A stretch of 22,749 bases of DNA from Candidatus Margulisiibacteriota bacterium (GTDB taxonomy: Bacteria; Margulisbacteria; WOR-1; O2-12-FULL-45-9): the NCBI GenBank assembly GCA_043816785.1, contig JBDRHP010000055.1:1-22749 (forward strand), given 5' to 3'. The notes beneath the pieces are model-generated. The model was not told the DNA's origin. It saw nothing but the letters and a program-made list of their open reading frames with translations, and ran no database searches. Made by a program: the position numbers and the translations under genes. Positions 1 through 10,077 of this stretch are shown here, piece after piece. Every line of letters begins with the position of its first letter. Position 1 is the stretch's first letter.

Positions 1-54
1 TTAGGGGTTTCCCTTGATGAATTAGTGGGGCGAAAATTCCCTAAAAAGAAATAG
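1..54 (+). CDS. 3' end of a probable XRE/Cro-C1 helix-turn-helix regulator (partial, starts before window)
   Basis: Frame 1 reads LGVSLDELVGRKFPKKK* (TAG 52-54). 'LGVSLDEL.G' is the typical last helix of HTH_3/XRE domains. Confidence 0.6.
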   Translation, partial: LGVSLDELVGRKFPKKK

Positions 55-124
55 GATTTTTGCTAACGCAAGGGGGGTATCGTCAAATCATGAAAAGGCC
101 GCTTTCTCAAAATAGGTTCGAGCA

Positions 125-133
125 TGGTATAAT
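125..133 (+). promoter_or_regulatory. Extended -10 promoter element (TGnTATAAT), likely driving tRNA-Val and downstream genes
   Basis: TGGTATAAT at 125-133 in the intergenic region upstream of the tRNA. Confidence 0.55.
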
Positions 134-144
134 AGGTTCCAATC

Positions 145-259
145 TAACTAACAACTGACAACTAACAAGACGGGCCGATTGCTTCGGCCCTACAACTGGC
201 AACTTAAATCTATTGTTCGTTGTAGCGAGCGAAGCGAGCGTGTTGTAAGTTGTTAGTTA
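145..259. repeat. Heptamer-repeat inverted repeat with internal GC-rich hairpin
   Basis: TAACTAACAACTGACAAC (145-162) matches the reverse complement of GTTGTAAGTTGTTAGTTA (242-259) at 17/18. There is an inner CTACAAC/GTTGTAG pair (190-196/219-225) and a hairpin GGGCCGA-TTGCT-TCGGCCC (172-190). Confidence 0.7.
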
Positions 260-263
260 ATAA

Positions 264-337
264 GGGCAGTTAGTTCAGCTGGTTAGAATGCCTCGCTTAC
301 ACCGAGGAGGTCGCTGGTTCGAATCCAGCACTGCCCA
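264..337 (+). tRNA. tRNA-Val(TAC), CCA not encoded
   Basis: Acceptor GGGCAGT/ACTGCCC+A, D-arm with GGTTAG, anticodon arm CCTCG-CT TAC AC-CGAGG, T-loop GGTTCGAATCC. Confidence 0.97.
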
Positions 338-365
338 ATCATTAAATAAAAAGGGGTGTTTTTTT

Positions 366-539
366 ATGGCGGAAGAACAAGCAAAAAAGAATGTTAATGA
401 ACTAATCAAACAGATCGATGATTTTGAGAAAACCATCCAGACCCTGGAAGCCAATGTGAAGACCTTAAGACAAAAGCTGGAAGACAACCAGCAGAAGTAC
501 GGCCCGGATACCAGCCAATGGCCCAAAGAAGCCAAATAA
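366..539 (+). CDS. Small coiled-coil hypothetical protein (57 aa, MAEEQAKKNV...)
   Basis: ATG at 366 follows the SD-like AAGGGG. The sequence is a heptad-patterned charged helix. The ORF-track start at 288 lies inside the tRNA. Confidence 0.7.
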   Translation: MAEEQAKKNVNELIKQIDDFEKTIQTLEANVKTLRQKLEDNQQKYGPDTSQWPKEAK

Positions 540-1417
540 TTTGGTTGTTCCTGGTCCTTATTGCGGCTATAGTCATTGCCAGCCTTGCTTGGCTTGGCTT
601 TTCAACCGTTAACCAGGCCCTGCCTGAGACGACAACGACCACCCTTAGGCCACAATCCTATAACTTTAAATCTTTTCCTGTTTTGGAATACCATCACATC
701 CGCCGGCCAGAAGCGCGCTGGTCCAGGACCCCTGAAAATTTCCGCCAGGATTTAGAATGGCTCTATGATCATGATTATTATCCCATGAATCTGCGGGATA
801 TTTTGACTAGATTTGAAGGTCTCCCTGAAGGTAAAACACCGGTTGTTTTAACCTTTGATGATTCGCCTTCCAACCAGTTCCGTTACATATCCGACGCAGC
901 CATTGACCCGGAATGTGCTGTCGGGATCTTGAAGTCTTTTCACGAGCAACATCCTGATGAATGGCCCCTGCGCGCTACCTTTTTTGTCTTGGTCCAAACC
1001 AATAGTCCTGACCACAATCTTTTTGGCCAAGCTGATTACGCCGAAAGAAAGCTGCAGGAATTAACCGAGTGGGGCATGGAAATCGGCTCCCATTGCTACT
1101 CTCACGAAAAATTGAATAAAATAAGCTTAGACGCTGCTCGTTTTACTCTGGCCCGGTCGACTTACACACTTAAAGCATTAAGCGGCCAGGGAATTGTCAG
1201 TTTAGCTACACCCATGGGGCTTTATCCAACTGATGAGTCGGTTTTTCAGGGATCCTATCAAAGCCTTGACTATGATTATAAATTAGTTTGTGAGGTGGCC
1301 GGTGGTTTGCAGCCGGTGCCGGGTTCGGCAAAATTTGACCCGCATCATATTAGGCGAATTCAGACGATCGATTCAGAGTGGGCGAAGTTTTTTAACAGGA
1401 ATTCTTCTGCGCAGTAA
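518..1417 (+). CDS. Membrane-anchored polysaccharide deacetylase (NodB/CE4 family)
   Basis: N-terminal TM helix, PVLEYHHI, motif 1 LTFDD, motif 2 GSHCYSH. Confidence 0.88.
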   Translation: MAQRSQIIWLFLVLIAAIVIASLAWLGFSTVNQALPETTTTTLRPQSYNFKSFPVLEYHHIRRPEARWSRTPENFRQDLEWLYDHDYYPMNLRDILTRFEGLPEGKTPVVLTFDDSPSNQFRYISDAAIDPECAVGILKSFHEQHPDEWPLRATFFVLVQTNSPDHNLFGQADYAERKLQELTEWGMEIGSHCYSHEKLNKISLDAARFTLARSTYTLKALSGQGIVSLATPMGLYPTDESVFQGSYQSLDYDYKLVCEVAGGLQPVPGSAKFDPHHIRRIQTIDSEWAKFFNRNSSAQ

Positions 1418-2590
1418 AGAGTGCTGACTGATCGGGCCGGAGAACTCGGCACTAATGAAAACATGATGGTCATTGTGCGCTTTGTCCTGGCTTAAGCCTG
1501 CCTGGTTTCTAATTTCAACGACCTTAAACTTCCGGATCTCCTTGACCATTGGATCCATGATCTCTAATTGGTCTCCGACCTGGAACAAATTCCTGGCCAG
1601 GACTTCCAATTTATTGTTGTGATGCCCGGCCACGATGCCAACAAAAGTGTAACTTCTGGTATATGAGCCCAGTTCTTCATTCTCCTTGTCATTCTCGTCC
1701 AAATAAAACCCAGTTGTGTAGTTGCGATGGGAAACTTTCTTAAGTTCTTCAAGCCAGGTTGGATCATACCTATCCTGATCAATTGCTTGCCGGTATATTT
1801 TTGTGACTAGGGCAACGTAATAGGAGGATTTCATTCGTCCTTCAACTTTTAATGAATCAATTCCTAAGTTAACCATTTCCGGGATGTGCTCTATCATGCA
1901 CAGGTCCTTGGAATTCATTACATATGTGCCGCGAGCGTCCTGTTCAATTCTAAAATCCTCATCCGGCCGGGTTACTTCCTTTAGGTGGTATTCCCAGCGG
2001 CAAGGCTGGGTACACTCGCCTCGATTGGCGCTGCGGCCGGTCATATGTTTTGATAACAAACAACGGCCGGAATAGGACATGCACATGGCTCCGTGGACAA
2101 AAAGTTCGAGTTCGATATCCGGCACTTCTTTTCTGATCGCTTTTACTTGAGCCAGACTTAGCTCGCGCCCCAGAACTATTCTTTGCACGCCCTGATCTTT
2201 CCAGAATTTAACGGCAGGGCTATTGATCGTATTGGCTTGGGTGCTTAAATGAAGAATAAGCTTTGGGTGTTTCTGCCTGATCAACGAGATCAGGCCTGGA
2301 TCAGAAACGATCACAGCATCCACCTTCAATTTTACTGCCTGGTCTAGATATTCCATCATCTTGGGCAGATCTTCATCAAAGGGGAATATATTCATGGCCA
2401 GATACACTTTAACTTTATATTGATGGGCGAACTCGACACCTTGTTTCAGGTCTTCAAGATCAAAAGCGGTTTGTTGGGTCCTGAGTGAATATGGACCGGC
2501 GCCAACATAGACAGCGTCAGCTCCAAAGCGCACCGCGGTTTGCAGTTTTTCCAGATCGCCAGCGGGGATAAGTAACTCGGTTTTATGCAT
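1373..2590 (-). CDS. Peptidase U32 family protein (YegQ/TrhP-like, probable tRNA hydroxylation)
   Basis: ELLIPAG, GADAVYVG, HLSTQAN, Fe-S cysteine motif HGAMCMSYSGRC..NRGECTQPCR, SLKVEGRMKS. The start was moved to ATG 2590, outside the tRNA. Confidence 0.92.
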   Translation of the reverse strand: MHKTELLIPAGDLEKLQTAVRFGADAVYVGAGPYSLRTQQTAFDLEDLKQGVEFAHQYKVKVYLAMNIFPFDEDLPKMMEYLDQAVKLKVDAVIVSDPGLISLIRQKHPKLILHLSTQANTINSPAVKFWKDQGVQRIVLGRELSLAQVKAIRKEVPDIELELFVHGAMCMSYSGRCLLSKHMTGRSANRGECTQPCRWEYHLKEVTRPDEDFRIEQDARGTYVMNSKDLCMIEHIPEMVNLGIDSLKVEGRMKSSYYVALVTKIYRQAIDQDRYDPTWLEELKKVSHRNYTTGFYLDENDKENEELGSYTRSYTFVGIVAGHHNNKLEVLARNLFQVGDQLEIMDPMVKEIRKFKVVEIRNQAGLSQDKAHNDHHVFISAEFSGPISQHSLLRRRIPVKKLRPL

Positions 2591-2599
2591 GTGAGAGAG

Positions 2600-2671
2600 T
2601 AGCCCCACGGGGAGTCGAACCCCGGCCGTCGGCTTGAAAAGCCGATGTCCTAACCACTAGACGATGGGGCC
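2600..2671 (-). tRNA. tRNA-Glu(TTC), intact, CCA not encoded
   Basis: GGCCCCATCGTCTAGTGGTTAGGACATCGGCTTTTCAAGCCGACGGCCGGGGTTCGACTCCCCGTGGGGCTA forms a full cloverleaf with anticodon TTC. Confidence 0.95.
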
Positions 2672-2910
2672 ACCATCTTTTCCTTTATGAACTGCGGACT
2701 CTTAACGCGTTTGAAATAGGGCTCTCTTTTTGTTGCGGAACTTCGATCTTGAAATTCTTCAACAAAAAGCAACTCGAAAGGACGGCGGTTTTTAGTCGAA
2801 GGAACCCTGCCTCCGTTGTGCCGCTCCAATCTATTTTTCAAGTTGCTCGTTTGCCCGATATACAACTTCCCATCTTTAAGGCTCTTTAGGATATAAACAT
2901 AATATTGCAT
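2650..2910 (-). CDS. Stand-alone GIY-YIG nuclease family protein (86 aa)
   Basis: YYVYILKS..GKLYIGQT..L..RL..HN.G...STK..RPFEL...E.F......KRE. The last codons (APSSSG*) are encoded by the 5' end of tRNA-Glu. Confidence 0.9.
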   Translation of the reverse strand: MQYYVYILKSLKDGKLYIGQTSNLKNRLERHNGGRVPSTKNRRPFELLFVEEFQDRSSATKREPYFKRVKSPQFIKEKMVAPSSSG

Positions 2911-2921
2911 TTGTTATATCT

Positions 2922-2979
2922 GTCGAACCCCGGCCGCCCCGATGAAATCGGGGTGTCCTAACCACTAGACGATGGGGCC
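2922..2979 (-). pseudogene. 3'-truncated tRNA-Glu copy with replaced anticodon stem
   Basis: Identical to the intact tRNA from the 5' end to the T-loop (TTCGAC), except for the anticodon arm CCCCG-ATTTCAT-CGGGG. It lacks the 3' T-stem and acceptor strand. Confidence 0.88.
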
Positions 2980-2990
2980 ATGTCAGAGAA

Positions 2991-3010
2991 CCTGCCTGCC
3001 GGCAGGCAGG
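2991..3010. repeat. Perfect 20-bp palindrome CCTGCCTGCCGGCAGGCAGG (REP-like)
   Basis: The sequence is its own reverse complement. Confidence 0.9.
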
Positions 3011-3040
3011 TCAGAACATCAGAATATCAGAAGATCAGAA
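3011..3040. repeat. Tandem octamer repeat (TCAGAAnA) x~4
   Basis: TCAGAACA TCAGAATA TCAGAAGA TCAGAA, immediately after the rpoD stop. A related TCAGAGAA lies on the other side of the palindrome. Confidence 0.85.
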
Positions 3041-4111
<1,071 letters not shown>

Positions 4112-4140
4112 TACCCTCCATTTTGTTATCGCGAAAGCAT

Positions 4141-5892
4141 TTAAGAAATTTCAGTCTTTAAGGCGGAAAGCAATTCGGCCGCCCGGTCCGGGTTGCCAGC
4201 TTTTTCCGCCTCTGTTATTTCCAGCTTCATTTCTTCGATTTTAAGCCGCAGACGTTCGTTCTTCAGCACGCTAAGGCAATCGTTAAGGATCTCTTCCATT
4301 TTATTTTGCTCAAGGCTGTTGCCGCTAACCAGGATCCGGGAAAGATATTTTTTTGAGCTTTCATCCGGCAGATTATCCAGCAAAAAGTGCGCTGGATTGT
4401 CTTGGCCCGCAAAATCAGTGCTAAAAAGCAGCGCGGCAATGGCGCTGGTCTCCGGCTGGTGAAAATCTTGAGCATTTAAACGCTCTTTAATAAAATTTAA
4501 GGCTTGAGTGCTTTGCGCAGCACAGGCAATCAAGTGCTTTTCAGCCTCAACGATCTTAGAAGCCGGCTTTTCGGTTGTGCGCTGGAGATTTGCGGTGTGA
4601 CTGGATGGATATGAACGGTTGCGCTTGATCTCAGCGATAACTGTTTCTACCTCAGTTCTCAAGGAAGCTGCCGCGACCTTGGCATATTCTTTTCTGACAA
4701 AATCATCTTTCTCCTTGGCCAGAATTATCGCAACTTCTTTTAAGGCTTTTGAGCGTGATTCGATCTCCTTAAGATCATGACGCGCGAAAACCCGGTTGAT
4801 CTGGAACTCAAGATAGGGCTGGGCGTCGCTCAGGCATTTTCTTAAAGCTTCAGCACCTTTTTTCTGGATTACTTCGTCCGGGTCTTTGCCGCCGGTAAGT
4901 TGCGTGACCTTGACCCGCAGACCCTGATTTCTTAAGAGATCGATTGACCGGTCAGCGGCAATGCCGCCAGCCGAATCAGCGTCAAAGGTCAGCACTATAG
5001 TATCGCAGTATCTGGCGATTAACTTGCACTGGTACGCGGTCAGCGCCGTGCCCATGCTGGCAACGATGTTGGTTATGCCGGCTTGGAAAGGGGTAATTAA
5101 GTCAAAATTCCCTTCAACCAGGATCGCTGTTTGGGTCTGCTTAATAGCTTCTTTGCTTAGATCAAGACCAAACAAGGTTTCTCCTTTATGGTAAATCCCT
5201 GTGTCAGGAGAATTTAAGTATTTTGGTTCTTCGTTTCCTAGGGCTCTGCCGCCAAAGGCTTCGACCCGGCCGCGTTGATTGCTAACAGGAAAGATCAGGC
5301 GGTTGCGGAAGCGGTCATAATAGCCGCCTTTGCCTTCGCGTTTCAGGCTCAGGCCGGTTTTCTCGATCAGGGTCGGGTCAGCGCCGCGCGAAACCAGGTA
5401 ATTAAAAAGATTGTCCCAGCCTTGGGGGGCGTAACCTAAACGAAATTGAGCCACAGTCTTCGCATTGATCCCTCGCTGGTCGAGATAAGCGCGGGCGGTT
5501 TCGCCGCTCTCGTCTGCCAGGTTCTTTTGAAAATATTCAGCGGCCAGCTCAGTTATTTTATAAAGCTTATCTTTTAAGTCCTTGGCCGGACCGCTGCTGG
5601 CTGGCCGTGGCACTGCGATCCCCAGTTTATTGCCCAGCTCAGCTACTGCTTCAGCAAAGCCAATGTTTTCCATCTTCATAAGGAAAGCAAAAGCATTGCC
5701 GCCTTCGTTGCAGCCAAAACAGTGAAAGATCTGTTTTTCCGGAGAGACCGTGAACGAGGCATCTTTTTCTGAATGGAACGGGCAGAGCCCAAGGTAATTC
5801 TTGCCCCGTTTCTTGAGCCGAACATACTCGGAAACGACCTTTACTATATCAGCTTTATTTCTTATCTCTTCGATTATTTGCGCAGGGATCAT
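4141..5892 (-). CDS. dnaG: DNA primase
   Basis: Zinc finger CPFH..SF.V....[35 protein letters not shown] and FDAD.AG. The ATG at 5892 overlaps the dgt stop (ATGA). Confidence 0.97.
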   Translation of the reverse strand: MIPAQIIEEIRNKADIVKVVSEYVRLKKRGKNYLGLCPFHSEKDASFTVSPEKQIFHCFGCNEGGNAFAFLMKMENIGFAEAVAELGNKLGIAVPRPASSGPAKDLKDKLYKITELAAEYFQKNLADESGETARAYLDQRGINAKTVAQFRLGYAPQGWDNLFNYLVSRGADPTLIEKTGLSLKREGKGGYYDRFRNRLIFPVSNQRGRVEAFGGRALGNEEPKYLNSPDTGIYHKGETLFGLDLSKEAIKQTQTAILVEGNFDLITPFQAGITNIVASMGTALTAYQCKLIARYCDTIVLTFDADSAGGIAADRSIDLLRNQGLRVKVTQLTGGKDPDEVIQKKGAEALRKCLSDAQPYLEFQINRVFARHDLKEIESRSKALKEVAIILAKEKDDFVRKEYAKVAAASLRTEVETVIAEIKRNRSYPSSHTANLQRTTEKPASKIVEAEKHLIACAAQSTQALNFIKERLNAQDFHQPETSAIAALLFSTDFAGQDNPAHFLLDNLPDESSKKYLSRILVSGNSLEQNKMEEILNDCLSVLKNERLRLKIEEMKLEITEAEKAGNPDRAAELLSALKTEIS

Positions 5893-6896
5893 GTATCTTC
5901 TCCGGATTGCCATTCACCAGGGACATAGAGGCTCTGGAATTTATCAACCGCATAGCGGTCAGTCATGCCGGAAATGAAATCGATTGTGTGTTGGACTTGG
6001 TCTTCTTCGCTCCTGTAGCCCTTTTGGAAATCGCTATTATAATGATAGTACCGGAAGAGCTGTCGTATCAGGATCGGGACCTTTGCCTCTTCTTTTTTAG
6101 CGGTGGGATCTGTGTAAACGTGTTTGTACATAAACTCATACAGGCCATCCATGGCAGTTTGGACCTTTTTACTCATGGCGATCTTCTTTTTGCCGCGCGA
6201 ATGCTTGATCATGTCCAAGATTATCGTATCCAAAATATTTTTACCCAGCACTTTCATGCGGGTCTTGGGCAGTTGGGCCTGCGTCAATACCCCCGCTGTG
6301 ATGGCATCTTCAATATCATGACGCAGATAGGCAATACGGTCAGCGTACCTGACGATCACGCCTTCTAAAGTCCCTGGCCAGGGATCATCCGGTGTGTGGT
6401 TGCGGATGCCGTCAATTACTTCATCACAAAGGTTTAGGCCTTGGCCGTCCTTTTCCAGGACCTCAACAATGCGCACGCTTTGTTCGTTGTGGTCAAAACG
6501 CCGGCCGTAGTTCTCTTTTAGAATATCATCAAGCACATATTCGCCAGCGTGGCCAAAAGGTGTGTGGCCCAGGTCGTGGCCCAGGGCAATAGCTTCAGTC
6601 AGGTCTTCATTTAAACGCAGCGCCCGTGCAATAGTGCGCGCGATTTGAGAAACTTCAATTGTGTGAGTCAGGCGCGTTCGGAAATGATCTTCAACTGGAG
6701 ACAAAAATACCTGGGTCTTGTGTTTTAGGCGCCTAAACGCCTTGCAGTGGATAATTTTATCCCGGTCGCGCTGAAAAGCGGTCCGGAAATTGCATTCTTT
6801 TTCCGGCTTCTTTCTTCCTTTGGTTTCAGAAGAAAGAGCGGCATAGGGCGAGAGAAATTTTTTCTCCCGCGCCTCAATTTCCTTGCGGATTATCAC
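5889..6896 (-). CDS. dgt: Deoxyguanosinetriphosphate triphosphohydrolase (dGTPase-like HD protein)
   Basis: RTAFQRDRDKIIHCKAFRRLKHKTQVF, RTRLTHT.EV, HDLGHTPFGHAGE, DFISGMTDRYA. Confidence 0.95.
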   Translation of the reverse strand: MIIRKEIEAREKKFLSPYAALSSETKGRKKPEKECNFRTAFQRDRDKIIHCKAFRRLKHKTQVFLSPVEDHFRTRLTHTIEVSQIARTIARALRLNEDLTEAIALGHDLGHTPFGHAGEYVLDDILKENYGRRFDHNEQSVRIVEVLEKDGQGLNLCDEVIDGIRNHTPDDPWPGTLEGVIVRYADRIAYLRHDIEDAITAGVLTQAQLPKTRMKVLGKNILDTIILDMIKHSRGKKKIAMSKKVQTAMDGLYEFMYKHVYTDPTAKKEEAKVPILIRQLFRYYHYNSDFQKGYRSEEDQVQHTIDFISGMTDRYAVDKFQSLYVPGEWQSGEDT

Positions 6897-6905
6897 GCGC
6901 TTATA

Positions 6906-9602
6906 TCACCCTTTTTGTTTAAGCACAGCCTGGGCTGCCGCCAGTCTGGCGATCGGGACCCGGTAGGGTGAGCAGCTGACATAATTCAGCCCTACCTTGT
7001 GGCAGAACTCAACGGAAGAAGGTTCGCCGCCATGTTCACCGCAGATGCCGCACTTAAGGTTTTTCTTAGTGCTGCGGCCCTTTTTAACTGCCATTTCCAC
7101 CAGCTGGCCAACGCCGGTCTGGTCGAGGATCTGAAAAGGATCAGCCTTGTAAATACCCAGTTCTACGTAAGAGGGCAGGAACTTGCCAGCGTCGTCTCGG
7201 GACAGGCCCATGGTCATCTGGGTCAGGTCGTTGGTGCCAAAGGAGAAGAAGTCAGCCACTTCGGCGACCTTGTCCGCGGTCAAAGCGGCTCTGGGGATCT
7301 CGATCATGGTCCCGACCAGATAATTGACCTTGGTCTTGGTCTTCTTGATGGTTTCTTCAGCCACCCGGCGGATGATGTCAGCCTGGTTTTTTAATTCATT
7401 GGCATCACTGATCAAGGGCACCATTATTTCTGGCTTAACATTTATGCCCTTTTTCTTTAGCTCGCAAGCGGCTTCCATAATAGCGCGCACCTGCATCTCA
7501 GTGATCTCAGGATAGATGATGCCCAAGCGGCAGCCGCGATGGCCCAGCATGGGATTGAATTCGTGCAAGGAAGCGATCTTTTGTTTGATCTTTTCCAGGC
7601 TTACACCCATTTCATTAGCCATTTCCTGCTGCTGCGCTTCTTCATGCGGGACAAATTCGTGCAGTGGGGGATCAAGCAGGCGGATGGTGACTGGCAAGCC
7701 CTTCATGGCTTTGAAAATGCCAAGGAAGTCGCTTTTCTGCATGGGCAAGAGTTTTGCCAGGGCTTTTATCCTGCCTTCAATGTGTTCAGCTAAGATCATT
7801 TCCCGAACTGCTTTGATCCGATCGCCTTCAAAGAACATGTGTTCGGTGCGGCACAGGCCAATGCCTTCAGCGCCGAAATCGCGGGCAACTTGAGAGTCTT
7901 TTGGCGTATCCGCGTTAGTGCGCACGCCCAATGTCCTGTATTTGTCAGCCCATTTCATGACCGTACCGAAGTTGCCGGACAAGACAGGCTTAATGGTCGC
8001 GACCAGTCCGTTCATGACCTGGCCGGAACTACCGTCCAGGGAGATCCAATCACCTTCTTTGATCACCTTGCCGTTAACCTCGAACTTCTTCTCTTTGTAA
8101 TTGATGTTGATGGCGCCGCAGCCAGCTACACAGCATTTACCCATGCCGCGGGCCACAACAGCCGCGTGAGAGGTCATGCCGCCGCGCGCGGTCAAAATAC
8201 CTTGGGCAGCGTTCATGCCGCCGATATCTTCAGGCGAGGTCTCGATCCTGACCAGGATGACCTTTTTGCCATCAGCTGCCCAGGCTTCTGCTTCATCAGC
8301 GTGGAAGACTGCTTGGCCAGCAGCTGCCCCAGGGGAGGCGGGCAGGCCTTTGGCAATGACTTCTTTTTCAGCCTTAGGATCGAACATCGGGTGAAGCAGC
8401 TGGTCCAGCTGGTCAGGCCCGAGGCGCAGGATCGCGGTTTTTTCGTCGATCAGTTTTTCCTTGACCATGTCGCAGGCGATCTTTAAAGCAGCGGCTGCGG
8501 TCCTTTTGCCGGTTCTAGTCTGCAGCATCCAGAGCTTGCCTTTTTGAATGGTAAACTCGATATCTTGCATATCACGATAGTGCTTTTCCAGTTTCTGGTA
8601 GATCGCTACCAGGGTCTTATAAGGTTTGGGCATGACTTCTTCCAGGGTTTCCTGGTCTTTGGAGGATTTTGTTGAAGCGTTGATCGGCTGGGGCGTTCTA
8701 GTCCCTGCGACCACGTCTTCGCCCTGAGCATTGATCAAGTATTCGCCGTAGAATTTTCTTTCACCAGTGGCCGGGTTTCTGGTAAAGGCTACGCCTGTAC
8801 CTGAGTCATCTCCCATGTTGCCGTAAACCATGGATTGAATGTTAACCGCTGTTCCCCAATCGTGCGGGATCTTATTGATGTTGCGGTATTTGATGGCCCG
8901 GTCTCCGTTCCAGGAGCCGAAGACCGCTTCGATCGCACCCCAAAGCTGTTTCCAGGGATCTTCAGGGAATTCCACGCCTTTTCGTTCTTTGATCGCGGCT
9001 TTAAAGCGTTTGACTAATTCTTTTAATTCATTAACGCCTAAGTCAACGTCTAGTTTAACCTTGGCTTCTTCCTTGACCTCGTCCATGATCTCCTCAAAAG
9101 GATCAATGTCTGTCTTGGTCTTAGGCTTAAGATCGAGTACAACGTCGCCATACATTTGGACAAAGCGGCGGTAAGCGTCCCAGGCAAAACGTTCGTTGCC
9201 TGATTGAACAGCTAACCCCAGCACGGTTTTATCGTTTAGCCCCAAATTAAGGACTGTGTCCATCATGCCGGGCATGGAGATCCTGGCCCCGGACCTGACA
9301 GAAACTAGTAATGGGTTGTTCTCATCGCCGAATTTTGCACCCATAACCTTTTCAATATGGGCAATGCCCGCTTTGATCTGAGCAGTTAATTCAATGGGAT
9401 ATTTACGGTTCATTTTATAATAAACCGCGCACATCTCCGTGGTAATTGTAAAACCAGCTGGAACGGGAATGCCGATATTGCTCATTTCGGCCAGGTTCGC
9501 CCCTTTACCCCCTAACAGATTTTTCATTTCAGCCTTGCCGTCCGCCTTGGTGCCCCCGAACTTATAAACGTACTTTTTCCCTGAAACTTTTTCCTTTGCC
9601 AT
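6906..9602 (-). CDS. ppdK: Pyruvate, phosphate dikinase
   Basis: [69 protein letters not shown] 9602 has SD AAGGGG. Confidence 0.98.
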   Translation of the reverse strand: MAKEKVSGKKYVYKFGGTKADGKAEMKNLLGGKGANLAEMSNIGIPVPAGFTITTEMCAVYYKMNRKYPIELTAQIKAGIAHIEKVMGAKFGDENNPLLVSVRSGARISMPGMMDTVLNLGLNDKTVLGLAVQSGNERFAWDAYRRFVQMYGDVVLDLKPKTKTDIDPFEEIMDEVKEEAKVKLDVDLGVNELKELVKRFKAAIKERKGVEFPEDPWKQLWGAIEAVFGSWNGDRAIKYRNINKIPHDWGTAVNIQSMVYGNMGDDSGTGVAFTRNPATGERKFYGEYLINAQGEDVVAGTRTPQPINASTKSSKDQETLEEVMPKPYKTLVAIYQKLEKHYRDMQDIEFTIQKGKLWMLQTRTGKRTAAAALKIACDMVKEKLIDEKTAILRLGPDQLDQLLHPMFDPKAEKEVIAKGLPASPGAAAGQAVFHADEAEAWAADGKKVILVRIETSPEDIGGMNAAQGILTARGGMTSHAAVVARGMGKCCVAGCGAININYKEKKFEVNGKVIKEGDWISLDGSSGQVMNGLVATIKPVLSGNFGTVMKWADKYRTLGVRTNADTPKDSQVARDFGAEGIGLCRTEHMFFEGDRIKAVREMILAEHIEGRIKALAKLLPMQKSDFLGIFKAMKGLPVTIRLLDPPLHEFVPHEEAQQQEMANEMGVSLEKIKQKIASLHEFNPMLGHRGCRLGIIYPEITEMQVRAIMEAACELKKKGINVKPEIMVPLISDANELKNQADIIRRVAEETIKKTKTKVNYLVGTMIEIPRAALTADKVAEVADFFSFGTNDLTQMTMGLSRDDAGKFLPSYVELGIYKADPFQILDQTGVGQLVEMAVKKGRSTKKNLKCGICGEHGGEPSSVEFCHKVGLNYVSCSPYRVPIARLAAAQAVLKQKG

Positions 9603-9629
9603 TTTTAATTCCCCTTTCGTTTTTTTGAA

Positions 9630-9702
9630 TGGAGCTGATGGGGATCGAACCCACGGCCTCGTGAATGCCATTCACGCGCTCTCCCAGCTGAGCTACAGCC
9701 CC
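9630..9702 (-). tRNA. tRNA-Ala(GGC), CCA not encoded
   Basis: GGGGCTGTAGCTCAGCTGGGAGAGCGCGTGAATGGCATTCACGAGGCCGTGGGTTCGATCCCCATCAGCTCCA, with G3:U70 and anticodon GGC. Confidence 0.97.
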
Positions 9703-9708
9703 ACTAAT

Positions 9709-10077
9709 TTAATAATGATACACAACCGCTTCTTTGCCCCAGAGTTCTTCCAGATTATAGTAGGCCCTTTCTTCTACCCCCATAATATGGACCACGATCG
9801 CCCCCAGGTCCAAGACCAGCCAGCCTGATTTGACCAAGCCTTGCCACCGGAAACTTTTAATTTTATTATTTCTGAGAATTTTGTCAATCTCCTTTTCAAT
9901 GGCCCGAAGCTGCGGTCCGGATTCGCCGCTGCAAATTATCATATAGTCAACAATATTGGATGTTTTCCTGACATCTAAGACCTTTAGGTCAAGGGCTTTT
10001 ATTGCTTCAGCTGCTTGGCCGATCAATTCGACGATCTGCTGGCTGTTAAGTTTTTTGTTTTTCCTGGTTTTTGTCAT
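9709..10077 (-). CDS. rsfS: Ribosome silencing factor RsfS (Iojap)
   Basis: KA.D..VLDV...S...DY.IICSG, W.VLDLG..VVHIM..EERAYYNLEELW. ATG 10077 overlaps the LCP stop (an alternative GTG is at 10086). Confidence 0.93.
   Translation of the reverse strand: MTKTRKNKKLNSQQIVELIGQAAEAIKALDLKVLDVRKTSNIVDYMIICSGESGPQLRAIEKEIDKILRNNKIKSFRWQGLVKSGWLVLDLGAIVVHIMGVEERAYYNLEELWGKEAVVYHY

Noticed and set aside
32..48. GAAAATTCCCTAAAA resembling the motif at 12509/13014
   Set aside because: It lies within the HTH coding tail and lacks the downstream CGAWA box at the right spacing.
1..337. Prophage or island boundary at tRNA-Val next to the HTH gene
   Set aside because: No integrase or att duplication is visible and the HTH lies 5' of the tRNA; this cannot be supported from this window.
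288..365. ORF-track N-terminal extensions running through tRNA genes (288 start; also 2608 for U32 and 9671 for ppdK)
   Set aside because: These are translations of tRNA sequence; downstream ATGs fit the protein families better.
2600..2980. Group I intron or split tRNA interpretation of the GIY-YIG insert
   Set aside because: The downstream tRNA is already complete, and there is no room for a ribozyme core outside the 261-bp ORF.
2614..2980. CRISPR-like repeat-spacer array
   Set aside because: There are only two copies, they are tRNA-derived and 308 bp apart, and no cas genes are present.
5889..6896. dGTPase as an anti-phage defence gene
   Set aside because: Its position directly upstream of dnaG-rpoD is the ordinary housekeeping context.
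6999..9174. Many long antisense ORFs opposite ppdK (also opposite rpoD, dnaG, the kinase and the mutase)
   Set aside because: These are shadow ORFs expected from codon bias in conserved genes; they have no motifs or RBS.
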